A stretch of 64,000 bases of DNA from a virus. Lineage: Duplodnaviria; Caudoviricetes. Location: positions 138-64,137 of the IMG/VR virus record IMGVR_UViG_2667527381_000001; one strand, written 5' to 3'. Positions 10,387-19,596 of this stretch are shown here, in pieces (positions within the stretch are counted from its first letter, which is position 1; every line of letters begins with the position of its first letter). A model generated the notes under the pieces. That model was not told the origin of the DNA and did not search any database. It saw only the letters and a list, made by a program, of their open reading frames with translations. Made by a program: the position numbers and the translations under genes.

Positions 10387-10674
10387 ATGTCTGAGAAAAA
10401 AGGAACACAGGAAACGATCGAGGTTCTTCAGCTCGTGCTCACCCTGGTCGAGCTGCTGGCGGCCGAAATCAAGGGCGATGGGCTTCAGTGGACGGATGCC
10501 GTCAAAGTGGTGATGTCGCCGGAATTCCAGGAGAAGCTTGCCAGGGCCCTGGCTGGCTTCACCGCGATCCCAGGCGAAGTGGAGGACCTGTCCGGAATTG
10601 AGATGATTGACCTCGCAGAATTTGCACTTCGCGCGACGAAGTCAGTTCTCTTGAACATCGGGCGGGCCGCCTGA
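10387..10674 (+). CDS. Hypothetical phage protein upstream of the lysin
   Basis: ATG 10387 in the frame of track ORF 10330; stop overlaps the lysin start. Confidence 0.6.
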   Translation: MSEKKGTQETIEVLQLVLTLVELLAAEIKGDGLQWTDAVKVVMSPEFQEKLARALAGFTAIPGEVEDLSGIEMIDLAEFALRATKSVLLNIGRAA

Positions 10675-11171
10675 TGGATTTCCAGAACGCGGTCCGCTTC
10701 GTTCTGGAGATGGAGGGTGGGGGGCAGATCGTCTCCCACCCCAATGATCCGGGCGGCTTGACCAAGTATGGAATCTCCCTGGGTGCTCATCCGGAGCTGG
10801 GGCCCGTTGGAATCCGAAATCTCACCGAGGAGCAGGCCATCGGGATCTACCGGTCCAAATACTGGATCCCGCTGAAGCTCAGCCGGTTCTCTCCGCGGCT
10901 GGCGCTGCCGCTCTTTGATGCCGCCGTAAACCATGGTCCAAGGAAGGCAGGGGAACTTTTGCAGATGGCTCTGAACAGACTTGGGGCGGGTCTGGTTGTG
11001 GACGGGATCATTGGCGGGAAGACGGTGGCGGTTGCAAAGTCCTATGCTCCTCGTCGTGTTCTCGTGGCTTTCCTGACTGAGAGGCTCCGATTCTATCAGG
11101 GACTTGAGAACTTCAACGTTTTTGGCCTTGGCTGGCAGAAACGTATAATAGAAATCGCCATTTCAGCCTGA
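10674..11171 (+). CDS. Glycoside hydrolase family 108 endolysin with peptidoglycan-binding domain
   Basis: EGGG...HPNDPGGLTKYGI, FDAAVNHG, LQMALN...VDGIIGGKT, FGLGWQKR. Confidence 0.92.
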   Translation: MDFQNAVRFVLEMEGGGQIVSHPNDPGGLTKYGISLGAHPELGPVGIRNLTEEQAIGIYRSKYWIPLKLSRFSPRLALPLFDAAVNHGPRKAGELLQMALNRLGAGLVVDGIIGGKTVAVAKSYAPRRVLVAFLTERLRFYQGLENFNVFGLGWQKRIIEIAISA

Positions 11172-11179
11172 GGGAAGAT

Positions 11180-11368
11180 ATGAACCGTGATTTAAAGACG
11201 AAACTTTTTGCCAATGTCCTTTTGAGTTCCGAGAGCCAGCCTTTGATTTTCAAGGATCGAGGACGGGCTCTGGTTCCGCCTCGCCCTCTGTTGTCCACAG
11301 CCCTTGCCGTAGTGGCTGCAATAGGGCTTTTGATGCTGATCCTATCCAAAGTTAAACCTCTCTTTTGA
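11180..11368 (+). CDS. Small membrane protein, possible lysis accessory
   Basis: C-terminal hydrophobic helix LSTALAVVAAIGLLMLIL; directly after the lysin. Confidence 0.45.
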   Translation: MNRDLKTKLFANVLLSSESQPLIFKDRGRALVPPRPLLSTALAVVAAIGLLMLILSKVKPLF

Positions 11369-11375
11369 GGCTTGT

Positions 11376-11651
11376 ATGCACCCAGGTACCTTGCTTAAAT
11401 CGGTTCGCGAGGATCGTGGATATTCGCTGCGTAAACTTGCTCGAAAGTCTGGATATTCGCCTGGCTACATAGCCGATATAGAGTCCGGAAGGCGGCTGCC
11501 ACGAGTCTTTGCTCTTGAGTGCATCCTTGTGGCCCTTGCGGCGCATGAAAAAAGGCAGGAATTCTTTGAGATTTATTATTTATACAAGAGCAATTTGCTA
11601 TTCGAGAATCTAGCGCTGCTTAATAGAAAAGTGGGTGAGTGTTCCTTCTGA
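11376..11651 (+). CDS. XRE-family HTH transcriptional regulator
   Basis: LKSVREDRGYSLRKLARKSGYSPGYIADIESGRRLP. Confidence 0.85.
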   Translation: MHPGTLLKSVREDRGYSLRKLARKSGYSPGYIADIESGRRLPRVFALECILVALAAHEKRQEFFEIYYLYKSNLLFENLALLNRKVGECSF

Positions 11652-11731
11652 CTTGGCGGATTTGTGATGCACTCATCGAAGCCATTTGCGATGATGCGAA
11701 AAAATGATGACGATCCGATGGGAGTTCTTTA

Positions 11732-12073
11732 ATGAACACTATAAAGTTCCCCAAATATTACCTTCGAGGTCAAATGGTGCTTTTTGATCCAGATGAAGCA
11801 ATTGCCGTATTGAAGCATTTGAAAGATGGGCGTGAGAGGCTTCTTGGGTTTGACGCATTCAAGCTCATTGGGGAAGACTATAAGTACATTCAACCCTACT
11901 CGGAACATAGCGTTGATTATACATCCAGTTCCTATCATTCAACAAAAGATAACTATGAAGACGCGATAGAACGCATCGAGGCTTTGAAAAATCAAGGTTT
12001 TGTGTTTGAAATCGTTCATCAGAAGGTTGATTCTCGGACAATGGAGACTTTGGTTAAAAGCGTGTTTGGCTGA
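11732..12073 (+). CDS. Hypothetical protein (possible orphan immunity protein)
   Basis: 113-aa AT-rich ORF with GGAG RBS; function not recognised. Confidence 0.5.
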   Translation: MNTIKFPKYYLRGQMVLFDPDEAIAVLKHLKDGRERLLGFDAFKLIGEDYKYIQPYSEHSVDYTSSSYHSTKDNYEDAIERIEALKNQGFVFEIVHQKVDSRTMETLVKSVFG

Positions 12074-12198
12074 AGCAAGTGTTTTCGGCTTAATTGGACG
12101 TTCGCTTGTTTTGCGAATATCCGCCTGCTTTTCCTATCCACTACTTGGAGCTATCCTTCCGAAAGCCTGATGTCGGGCTCTCTAAGAAGGATAATAGC

Positions 12199-12948
12199 AT
12201 GAGCAAACGCAAAAACCTGGGCTGGCTGCCCGATGAATTTGATGAACGAGATTTCGTATACAAGTCAAAGAAAACTTCGGCGCAATTCCCAAGCGTGGTA
12301 GACCATAGAAAGCGCTACTTCAGGGCATGGGACCAGGGCGATCTTGGATCATGCACAGCCCATGCTGCCAGCGCCGCCTGCATGTTCCTTGATGTCTATG
12401 ACAGGGACATGCCGGTAGTCGTGCCCTCAAGGATTTTTGTCTATTATGCAACCCGGACTCTTGAAGGAACGAAGCACTCAGATTCCGGTGCAACTCTTCG
12501 CAATACGATCAAGGCCATTGCCACCTGGGGCTACCCGCCTGAGGATAAATGGCCCTACGATATCCGAAAGTTCACGATCCGTCCTCCGGAGGAGGTTATC
12601 AGCCTTGCTGCGAAGGAAAGAATCAAATCGTATGAGCGACTCGGCCGGGATCTCGATCATTTCCGGGAAGTCATAGCCGAAGGCCACCCCATTATTCTCG
12701 GCTTTGCGGTCTACCCTTCAATTTATGACCGGAACGTGAAGAAGACCGGACATATCCCGGTGCCCAAGGCTGGCGAAAAGCGTGAGGGTGGTCATGCTGT
12801 TCTCGTGTGCGGCTATGACGACGCGAAGGAAGCACTGATCATCAGAAACAGCTGGGGTGAGGACTGGGGCGAAGAAGGCTATGGTTACCTCCCATACCGC
12901 TATATCGAGGAGCCGAAGCTTTCCGGGGATTTCTGGACGATCCGCTGA
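12199..12948 (+). CDS. C1A (papain-like) cysteine peptidase
   Basis: DQGDLGSCTAHA (Cys), GGHAVLVCGY (His), IIRNSWG (Asn); AAGGA RBS before ATG 12199. Confidence 0.92.
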   Translation: MSKRKNLGWLPDEFDERDFVYKSKKTSAQFPSVVDHRKRYFRAWDQGDLGSCTAHAASAACMFLDVYDRDMPVVVPSRIFVYYATRTLEGTKHSDSGATLRNTIKAIATWGYPPEDKWPYDIRKFTIRPPEEVISLAAKERIKSYERLGRDLDHFREVIAEGHPIILGFAVYPSIYDRNVKKTGHIPVPKAGEKREGGHAVLVCGYDDAKEALIIRNSWGEDWGEEGYGYLPYRYIEEPKLSGDFWTIR

Positions 12949-13530
12949 ATTGAGACCATATGCTGATCATTGATGTGATTGACGACGATCGTTCTGCCAA
13001 CTGGTCGGTGGCTGAGATGACCTTGGAGGTCAAGCGCCTGCAAAAGGCGCTGAACCGGACCGCTGACAAGGCGGCATCCGCAGTGAAAGCCGACCTTTCT
13101 CAGCGGTTCACGATGCGGAACCAGTGGACGAGAAAAGGCATACGAGTGGATCAGGCGTCAGGCGATGACCTTGATGCGCGTGTGTATTCAGTGGATGAAT
13201 ACATGGTCAAGCAGCAGGACGGTGAAACGTGGAAGCCCAAGGGCTATGTTGCAATCCCCAGGGGGGCAAGAGCATCAGCCCGGGCTCTTATCCCGCGTGG
13301 GATGTTCCCCAATGCCCTGCGCGGTCGGAAGGATGTGTTCAAGTTTGACTTCTCGCAGAATCCTTCTTGGAAGCCGTATCCCCATGTCGGAATCTTTCAG
13401 CGCGTGATGAACGGAAAGCATCTGAGAATTCTATACCTTCTCAAAGGTGAGAAGAAAACAAAGCCAGCGTGGCATTTTGATAGCCAAGTGGAGGAGGCGA
13501 CTGACGAGTATTTCGAACGATTTTATAAAG
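12772..13530 (+). repeat. Diverged direct repeat, copy A (peptidase 3' end plus gpZ-like gene)
   Basis: Aligns by eye to 34000..34770, offset ~21.2 kb. Confidence 0.9.
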
Positions 13531-13541
13531 GCATTGAGTAA
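12960..13541 (+). CDS. Phage protein, possibly lambda gpZ-like tail completion protein (copy A)
   Basis: KALNRTADKAASAVKADLSQRF resembles gpZ-like N-termini; paralog at 34201. Confidence 0.5.
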   Translation: MLIIDVIDDDRSANWSVAEMTLEVKRLQKALNRTADKAASAVKADLSQRFTMRNQWTRKGIRVDQASGDDLDARVYSVDEYMVKQQDGETWKPKGYVAIPRGARASARALIPRGMFPNALRGRKDVFKFDFSQNPSWKPYPHVGIFQRVMNGKHLRILYLLKGEKKTKPAWHFDSQVEEATDEYFERFYKGIE

Positions 13542-13668
13542 GAGGTTTGAGGAACTGGAGCCACAAACCTCAAGAAATGAACTGAAGCAATCTGAGATAT
13601 CCGATGCTATCACTTTTGATGTCATATGGTAAATTCATGGCAAAAGTGACGTGTTTTTCTAGAACAAA

Positions 13669-13983
13669 TCATTCATTCACTCTCTTGTAATCTATATCAC
13701 CGAAAATATATCCTTCTGACCCGTCTTTAGTCCTGATCTTCAAAACGTGCCAGTCTTTGTTATGATCCTCATCCAAAATTATCGCTGATTCGCCGGCCGA
13801 TATCTTTGCAACAACAATGTTACCAGGGCAGTTTGAACAAAATTCAGGTTGAGGCTCTGACATGACCTTAACTTCATTAATAAAAATAATCCTGGTTTCA
13901 CGCTTGCTCGAATACCAAAAGATAATTGCTACTATAATAGCCAGCGCGATTCCTATGTATATTTTCCTGGTATTATTCACCAT
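13669..13983 (-). CDS. Putative cognate immunity protein of the RHS toxin (N-terminal TM plus SH3-like domain)
   Basis: Start overlaps the RHS stop (TAATG); IYIGIALAIIVAIIFWY anchor; DWHVLKIRTKDGSEGYI is SH3-like. Confidence 0.6.
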   Translation of the reverse strand: MVNNTRKIYIGIALAIIVAIIFWYSSKRETRIIFINEVKVMSEPQPEFCSNCPGNIVVAKISAGESAIILDEDHNKDWHVLKIRTKDGSEGYIFGDIDYKRVNE

Positions 13984-16900
13984 TAATGTCCACCAATACC
14001 GTAAAATTTGACTCCAATGAGAGAAGGTGAATTCAACAAAGTTTCGCCCAGCCCTGCCGGAAACATGTTTAACAAAGAACCACCAATATTCACGCCTGCT
14101 TTCTTTAGGCTCCGTTCAGTAGACTGCGAGCAATTGTTAGTAAAGATATTGTATGTACTTTGAGAGCCAAGGTCGTCAACTAATTGAGACTCTTGTGCAG
14201 GAGTTAGGCCAAGTATAAGGCCAACTGCGTTTCCGCCATTTCCAACTCTTGCATTTATGAACAAGTCAGCAGGATATGTATACATTTTACTAGGGACGAA
14301 GCTATAGACCTTACCGTTGACGTTTACGGTTACATGGCCGAATGCTGACGCAATATCTTTTCCCGGACTCCAAATTTGAACTTCAGTATATAAGCCTGTT
14401 GGGTCAATATTATTCACAGGATCGTTCTCGACGTAGCGATATAAGTTAAGACCACCGTCAAATCGAATTGGATCCTTGTTCAACCATCGTCCTATGGAAG
14501 GATCATAGTCCCTCGCGCCGAACCGGAGAAGACGTGTTGTCGAATCATAAAGACCACCGGCAAACCCAAATGGCTGGAACCCAGGATTAGAATCCGACAG
14601 CACGTTCCCCCATGTGTCGTATTCGATTTCCTGCATGATTTGACCATTGCCAGCCCGGATCACGTATATGGGGCTCCCGAGGTGATCTGAAATAATGCGG
14701 TAGCTTACGCCAGATTTTATCATAAGGTCGGGAACATTTCTCTTTTGACCATATACGAAAATTGCCTTGACCGAACCATTTGGATTCAATTGGGCAACCG
14801 GTCTCAAGCCATCCTGATAAATGAATGCAGCGGTGAACTGATCATTGGTCCTTGTGCGAATTCTTCGGTTCAGACCATCTACGAGATATCTAACCGTTGT
14901 GCCGTTGGAGAAGTTAACCCCCAGCAGGTTTCCAAGTGCATCGTATCGGTATGTAACCCAGCTGCCGTCGATCTTATTGTCTTTTCGCTTGAGATGTCCG
15001 CCCAAATTGTAAGTATAGGTCCAGGTTGCATCTGAAACCAGCCGATCATGGGTATCATATACTTCCTGCCCGCCCCCTGTGAGCCGGTTGCCGGTACTCG
15101 TATAGGAATACGTTTGACTCATGCCATCTTTAACTTCGCTTATGAGCTGACCAATGGCGTCATAGGCATACTGCGTCACAGAGCTTGTTGCATTGGCCAC
15201 GCGTGTTCGTGTTGCGATGCGACCCAATTCGTCATAACTGTACTGAAACCGGAGGAATTCTTTACCCTTGACTTTAAGGACTGATTCCGCCTCAGCACCA
15301 TACGTATCATATATGTGCGTGGTTACGATCCCATTGAGTGCCGACCGACTCAGACGTCCCGTGTTTGGATTTCTGGTGTAAGCGAGATTATTAGCTTGCG
15401 TGAGATCGCCATCTGCGTCGTACATATAAGATATGGTGGATTCGTCGCTTCCGTTTACCCGCAGTTTCGAGAGACGATCGAAGGTGTTCCACTCGTATGA
15501 CAGATTGCCATTAACTGGCCCGAACCAAGTTGTAGAGTTCGGAAGGCGTCCCTGGTCGAAGGAAACCTGAACGTTCGTGCTGGTTGAGATCGATTGCAGT
15601 GCCCCATTGCTCCAGGTATAGCTGCGACTAACGCCGGGACCTGTCAAAGTCTGAAGGTTGCCTTTGTCATCGTAGGTAAGATCAACCGTAGTGTTATTCG
15701 GTCTAGTCATCTGTGTGGGCTGATCATCAAGATTGTATGTCCATGCCCAGGCAAAAGTACGAGAACGGATCATGGGTTCGGTATTTAAAACAAGGTTTCT
15801 GTTGTCATCAAAGCCATAGGAATAGGTGCCGGAGGCGGCAGTGGTTATTCCGCTCCGATCCCCGTTCCCATTGTAGGCAAACTGATAGCTCTGATTATTG
15901 GGCAGCGTAAGTGTCGTCAACTGGCCGGCAGCATCATAGGAGTAATTTGTCACCTCGTTCAGCGGGTTTGTAATGGTCGCCAGAAGACCTTGGGAATTGT
16001 AAGTCATCGAGTAGGAGCGGGTCCCCTGGGTGACCGAAGTAGGCTGACCCTTTGTATTATACTGCAATGCTACCGCCTGAATCCCCGGTGACTTCATTTT
16101 TACCGGCCGGCCTTTGGCGTTCAAAATTTCTTTGTATTGGCGCCCCATGGGTGTTGTCGTCGTGAAAGTGCGAGTGGCCTTGTCAAAGGCTGTGCTGTAT
16201 GTGCCAATCCCGTCAAACGTTTGGTTTTCTATCATCGTTGCAATGTCATAGGGATTGGCTGGATCTGTCACAGTATACTGGCGCTCAAAATTCACAATAC
16301 CGCCACCCTGTCCTTCAATGTACTTCGATTGTTCGACCTGGCGATTGCCAAACAGAGGATGAGACGTGTACTGGGTGGTCGATGAATATCCGTGATTATC
16401 CCGCACTTGCAATTGCGAGCGGTCGCCGTTGAAGGATTCCTGCACCGAGTAGCCAGATGGCAGGAGATTTATGTTCTTTTTCGTTCTGTCCCAGCCATAG
16501 GTCGATTCATAAGTGGTCACAAAACCCATAGGTGATGAAAACGTCGCATATTCAGAATATGACTGGGAAGTTTCGCTTTTTGAAGCCTGAATCCTCTTGT
16601 TATATCCCTTGGCATCAATAGCCTCGGCGAGTTTGCCATGTTCGGTAAAGATGTAGGATTTCGTCTTTCCAAGAGCGTCCGTCATCGATGCCATGAGATG
16701 GGCACGATTGCCATCGTAATAGGTGAAGGTGTTTGTGAAGCCCAAAGGATTTTTTATTTCTGCCAAGTTCCCGTTGCTGTCATAGGCGAGCGCTGTAGTG
16801 ATTCCATATGGACTTCGGATTGCTGAGACATTGCCATCCGGATAGCGCAGGATTCTCGTGATTTGGTTATTCCGATCGACGATACGGCTCAAGAGTCCGT

Positions 16901-18128
16901 CCGTATACTGAAAGCTATAGAGAATCACACCAGTAAGCACGTCAATCGTAGCAACATGTTTCCGATTTGAGTCAAATCTATAGATGCTGCCGCCATCATG
17001 AGAAGGGACAATGAAATAGCCCTGGCTGTCCGGATTTTTTTGGAAAAATGTTGTAGCATCCGTGATGTCGGCCCCATTGCCAAGATATATGGTGCCCGTT
17101 TCGGCGTCATAACTATGGACTTCGCTGATCGTCCAATGGCCCATTTTAGTGTCTGAAGGATAGCCGAAAGGCGCCAGCCGCACGGGATGTTTCTGTATGA
17201 TGGTATTAGGGCTGCCTGCAACCCAGCCGGAAACGTACTGGTAACTAATCGTTACCTCACCTTCTGCATAAGTGGTGACATCATTCCCTAGAGCATCCTT
17301 GCGATCCCATGAAAATTCAAGATCCCAGCTCGTGGCGTCCGGATCCGTAGCTTGCACTGTGATTTGCCGGCCAGCTATTTCGAGGATGCCTGATACACCT
17401 ACAACCTTCCAGCGGTTGTCCTGCTCAAATCCGGTTGGGAACCGGGGGACCTTGAAGTAGAGCTTTTTTGTTGGACGCTTGAACTTGTTGATCCGTAGTG
17501 AGTTATAGCTCAGGTGAAACGGTGTTCCAGAAATTTCAACCTTTTGCGCAAGGCTTTGATCCCTGCAGCCGATGATGGATCCTTTCTGGGTGCTTCCTAT
17601 TCCCCCGCACTCATCCTTGGACGTGTCAGGATCCTGTTGAGCCGCACTTGGGACTGCGAATTCGGAAAGGGCGCGGCAATCGAAATATCCACCAAATGAT
17701 CCCGAATAGGTCCCGGCATCCGGTGGATGATCCCAGTTTCGTGCATTGAGTTCATTGATCGTTTGTTCCACGGCACTTTGCAAATCTGCGAGGGTGACTC
17801 CTGGTCGCGTTATCTGGACCTGGCCGATGCCTGAACAGTAACCAGTACCCTCTGTCCCATCTATTGAGTTCGAGACGCCGCAGTCGGATGTGCCTGTCCC
17901 ATTGCCATCTGGGCTGGAGAAATTCAATTTCCATCCACACGTTAAATGGATGGCAGTGCAGCTCATAGCCTGATCCGAACCCACTGGCATGTAGCCGCTG
18001 CCGCCACTCGCAGGCGACGAACCATTTAGTGCGAATTGCGGACTTAATCCGCATGCGACTGCATTATTACCAAAAGACAGAGACGCGATCAGGAAAATGA
18101 CGGACGTAAGAATGGTTCTCACAGACAT
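13983..18128 (-). CDS. Secreted RHS/YD-repeat, teneurin-like polymorphic toxin with C-terminal permuted papain-like domain
   Basis: Signal peptide; YD repeats; RHS core DHLGSP...PFGFAGGLYD...FGARDYDPSIGRWLNKDP...DPTGL; C-terminal FGHV...NNCS. Confidence 0.9.
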   Translation of the reverse strand: MSVRTILTSVIFLIASLSFGNNAVACGLSPQFALNGSSPASGGSGYMPVGSDQAMSCTAIHLTCGWKLNFSSPDGNGTGTSDCGVSNSIDGTEGTGYCSGIGQVQITRPGVTLADLQSAVEQTINELNARNWDHPPDAGTYSGSFGGYFDCRALSEFAVPSAAQQDPDTSKDECGGIGSTQKGSIIGCRDQSLAQKVEISGTPFHLSYNSLRINKFKRPTKKLYFKVPRFPTGFEQDNRWKVVGVSGILEIAGRQITVQATDPDATSWDLEFSWDRKDALGNDVTTYAEGEVTISYQYVSGWVAGSPNTIIQKHPVRLAPFGYPSDTKMGHWTISEVHSYDAETGTIYLGNGADITDATTFFQKNPDSQGYFIVPSHDGGSIYRFDSNRKHVATIDVLTGVILYSFQYTDGLLSRIVDRNNQITRILRYPDGNVSAIRSPYGITTALAYDSNGNLAEIKNPLGFTNTFTYYDGNRAHLMASMTDALGKTKSYIFTEHGKLAEAIDAKGYNKRIQASKSETSQSYSEYATFSSPMGFVTTYESTYGWDRTKKNINLLPSGYSVQESFNGDRSQLQVRDNHGYSSTTQYTSHPLFGNRQVEQSKYIEGQGGGIVNFERQYTVTDPANPYDIATMIENQTFDGIGTYSTAFDKATRTFTTTTPMGRQYKEILNAKGRPVKMKSPGIQAVALQYNTKGQPTSVTQGTRSYSMTYNSQGLLATITNPLNEVTNYSYDAAGQLTTLTLPNNQSYQFAYNGNGDRSGITTAASGTYSYGFDDNRNLVLNTEPMIRSRTFAWAWTYNLDDQPTQMTRPNNTTVDLTYDDKGNLQTLTGPGVSRSYTWSNGALQSISTSTNVQVSFDQGRLPNSTTWFGPVNGNLSYEWNTFDRLSKLRVNGSDESTISYMYDADGDLTQANNLAYTRNPNTGRLSRSALNGIVTTHIYDTYGAEAESVLKVKGKEFLRFQYSYDELGRIATRTRVANATSSVTQYAYDAIGQLISEVKDGMSQTYSYTSTGNRLTGGGQEVYDTHDRLVSDATWTYTYNLGGHLKRKDNKIDGSWVTYRYDALGNLLGVNFSNGTTVRYLVDGLNRRIRTRTNDQFTAAFIYQDGLRPVAQLNPNGSVKAIFVYGQKRNVPDLMIKSGVSYRIISDHLGSPIYVIRAGNGQIMQEIEYDTWGNVLSDSNPGFQPFGFAGGLYDSTTRLLRFGARDYDPSIGRWLNKDPIRFDGGLNLYRYVENDPVNNIDPTGLYTEVQIWSPGKDIASAFGHVTVNVNGKVYSFVPSKMYTYPADLFINARVGNGGNAVGLILGLTPAQESQLVDDLGSQSTYNIFTNNCSQSTERSLKKAGVNIGGSLLNMFPAGLGETLLNSPSLIGVKFYGIGGH

Positions 18129-18632
18129 CCTCAGGCATTTGATGTGAGCAAATTTAGATGCTTTTCGGATGATGTCTGCCTGGCGTACAAAAGCGCCTAA
18201 AAGCCTTATCGTTTAGGCGGCATATACGATCTTTTAAGATGAAGTGAACCACTCCATCTAATTTAATTGATGCCACTTGTCCGGCTGGGAGTCAGCATTA
18301 CAGTACGCCTCACGCTTGACAAACTTCCAGAAAGTACAGAATGATGTCTGTCTTCGAGGGCAACGGCGTGTTCGAATTTGTATAGTGAGCTGTACCACCA
18401 ATCAAAAGACAGAGGCTGGGACTGCCTCTGTCTGGGGTTCGCGACTTGGGTGGATAGCTCTCTTTCACATAACGTTCAGGACTTTTTAAATACCCCGAAC
18501 ACGGACAGGGTTATCCATGCATTCTGCAATCAGTTGAGACTATGAAGTCTGAACGGAGCCACACGACGCCCGCATTGGCTCTAAAAAAAGGGACCGCGTA
18601 TCCACGATCCCTTCATTTTTAGCGCTTTCAGA

Positions 18633-19127
18633 TCAATCGAATACCTGAGGTTGGAGCATGGCTACAAAATCAGTGAACGACTTTGCTATAAGTGAGCAAT
18701 TTCTCAACGGGTTTTTCGCATCCTCAGGATCGTCAAAGTCCACCTCATTTTCATGATCCCAATAGACCACATATCCAAAGGCCAGATTATTCAAAAGCAT
18801 TGCAATCTGGTTTCCCCCTGCATCGCTTCCAATAGCTATCAGATAATCCGGCATCCTTCTCTGATTAATATGGTAGGTTTGATAGGCTCGTTGAATGTCA
18901 GCCCAGTTTGGTGCTCCAAGCCCGTAAAAGGTTTCTATGCCCTCTTCAATCATCCTGCCTTTGTTGTCGCACTTAAAGACCATCGCGGAATCTAGTGTTC
19001 CACCGTTGGATTCCAGAATAAAGGCCCGATAATCATCAGGGAAACGGAAGCCTATATTTCTCTCAAAGGACTCCAATTCCTGGGGTGTGCACGAACCCCA
19101 TTCCTTACTAAGCTTATTTTTTAGCAT
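18633..19127 (-). CDS. SMI1/KNR4 (SUKH) family immunity protein, copy A
   Basis: LESFERNIGFRFPDDYRAFILESNGG, IAIGSDAGGNQI, VVYWDHE, IAKSFTDF. Confidence 0.92.
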   Translation of the reverse strand: MLKNKLSKEWGSCTPQELESFERNIGFRFPDDYRAFILESNGGTLDSAMVFKCDNKGRMIEEGIETFYGLGAPNWADIQRAYQTYHINQRRMPDYLIAIGSDAGGNQIAMLLNNLAFGYVVYWDHENEVDFDDPEDAKNPLRNCSLIAKSFTDFVAMLQPQVFD

Positions 19128-19596
19128 GTAATTCTACCTCACCAAAGTATAGTGCCATCAGGCAATTCAGGAATACCTTCCAGCAAATGGCAGGTTCAAT
19201 ATGCAAGCCGGGTTCTTTAAAATAAGTTAGTTAAATTAGTGTGTTAATGGGTCTGTGATAGGCTTGAGGTGTCAGAAAAATTGACACCTGTTCTGATCTG
19301 GATTGTTTAAGCCGTTTTCGTGATCTATTACTCAATGTAACGAATTTAAATAGCGACAAGAAGCAGGCGGATTGATAGCCAAAAAAGAAACAATTGAAGG
19401 TCAAGCCAAGAAATGCCGAAAATTCTCCATTCTAAATTTACAACCTTAGCCTAGTCTATCAGACTTCGTCAATGGTGAGCCCAAGTATCGATTGGCCTGC
19501 TGATTGTATGGGTGGTTGTTTCTTGCTCCTGAAATTCTTTTTGAAATACTCGTAAAACATTCAAGGAATAAGTGTAAACGTAAGGAGATGCTTAGA

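Noticed and set aside
19210-19237. dif-like or att-like site GGGTTCTTTAA-AATAAG-TTAGTTAAATT
   Set aside because: Only loose resemblance, with the XerD arm out of register and no second copy seen
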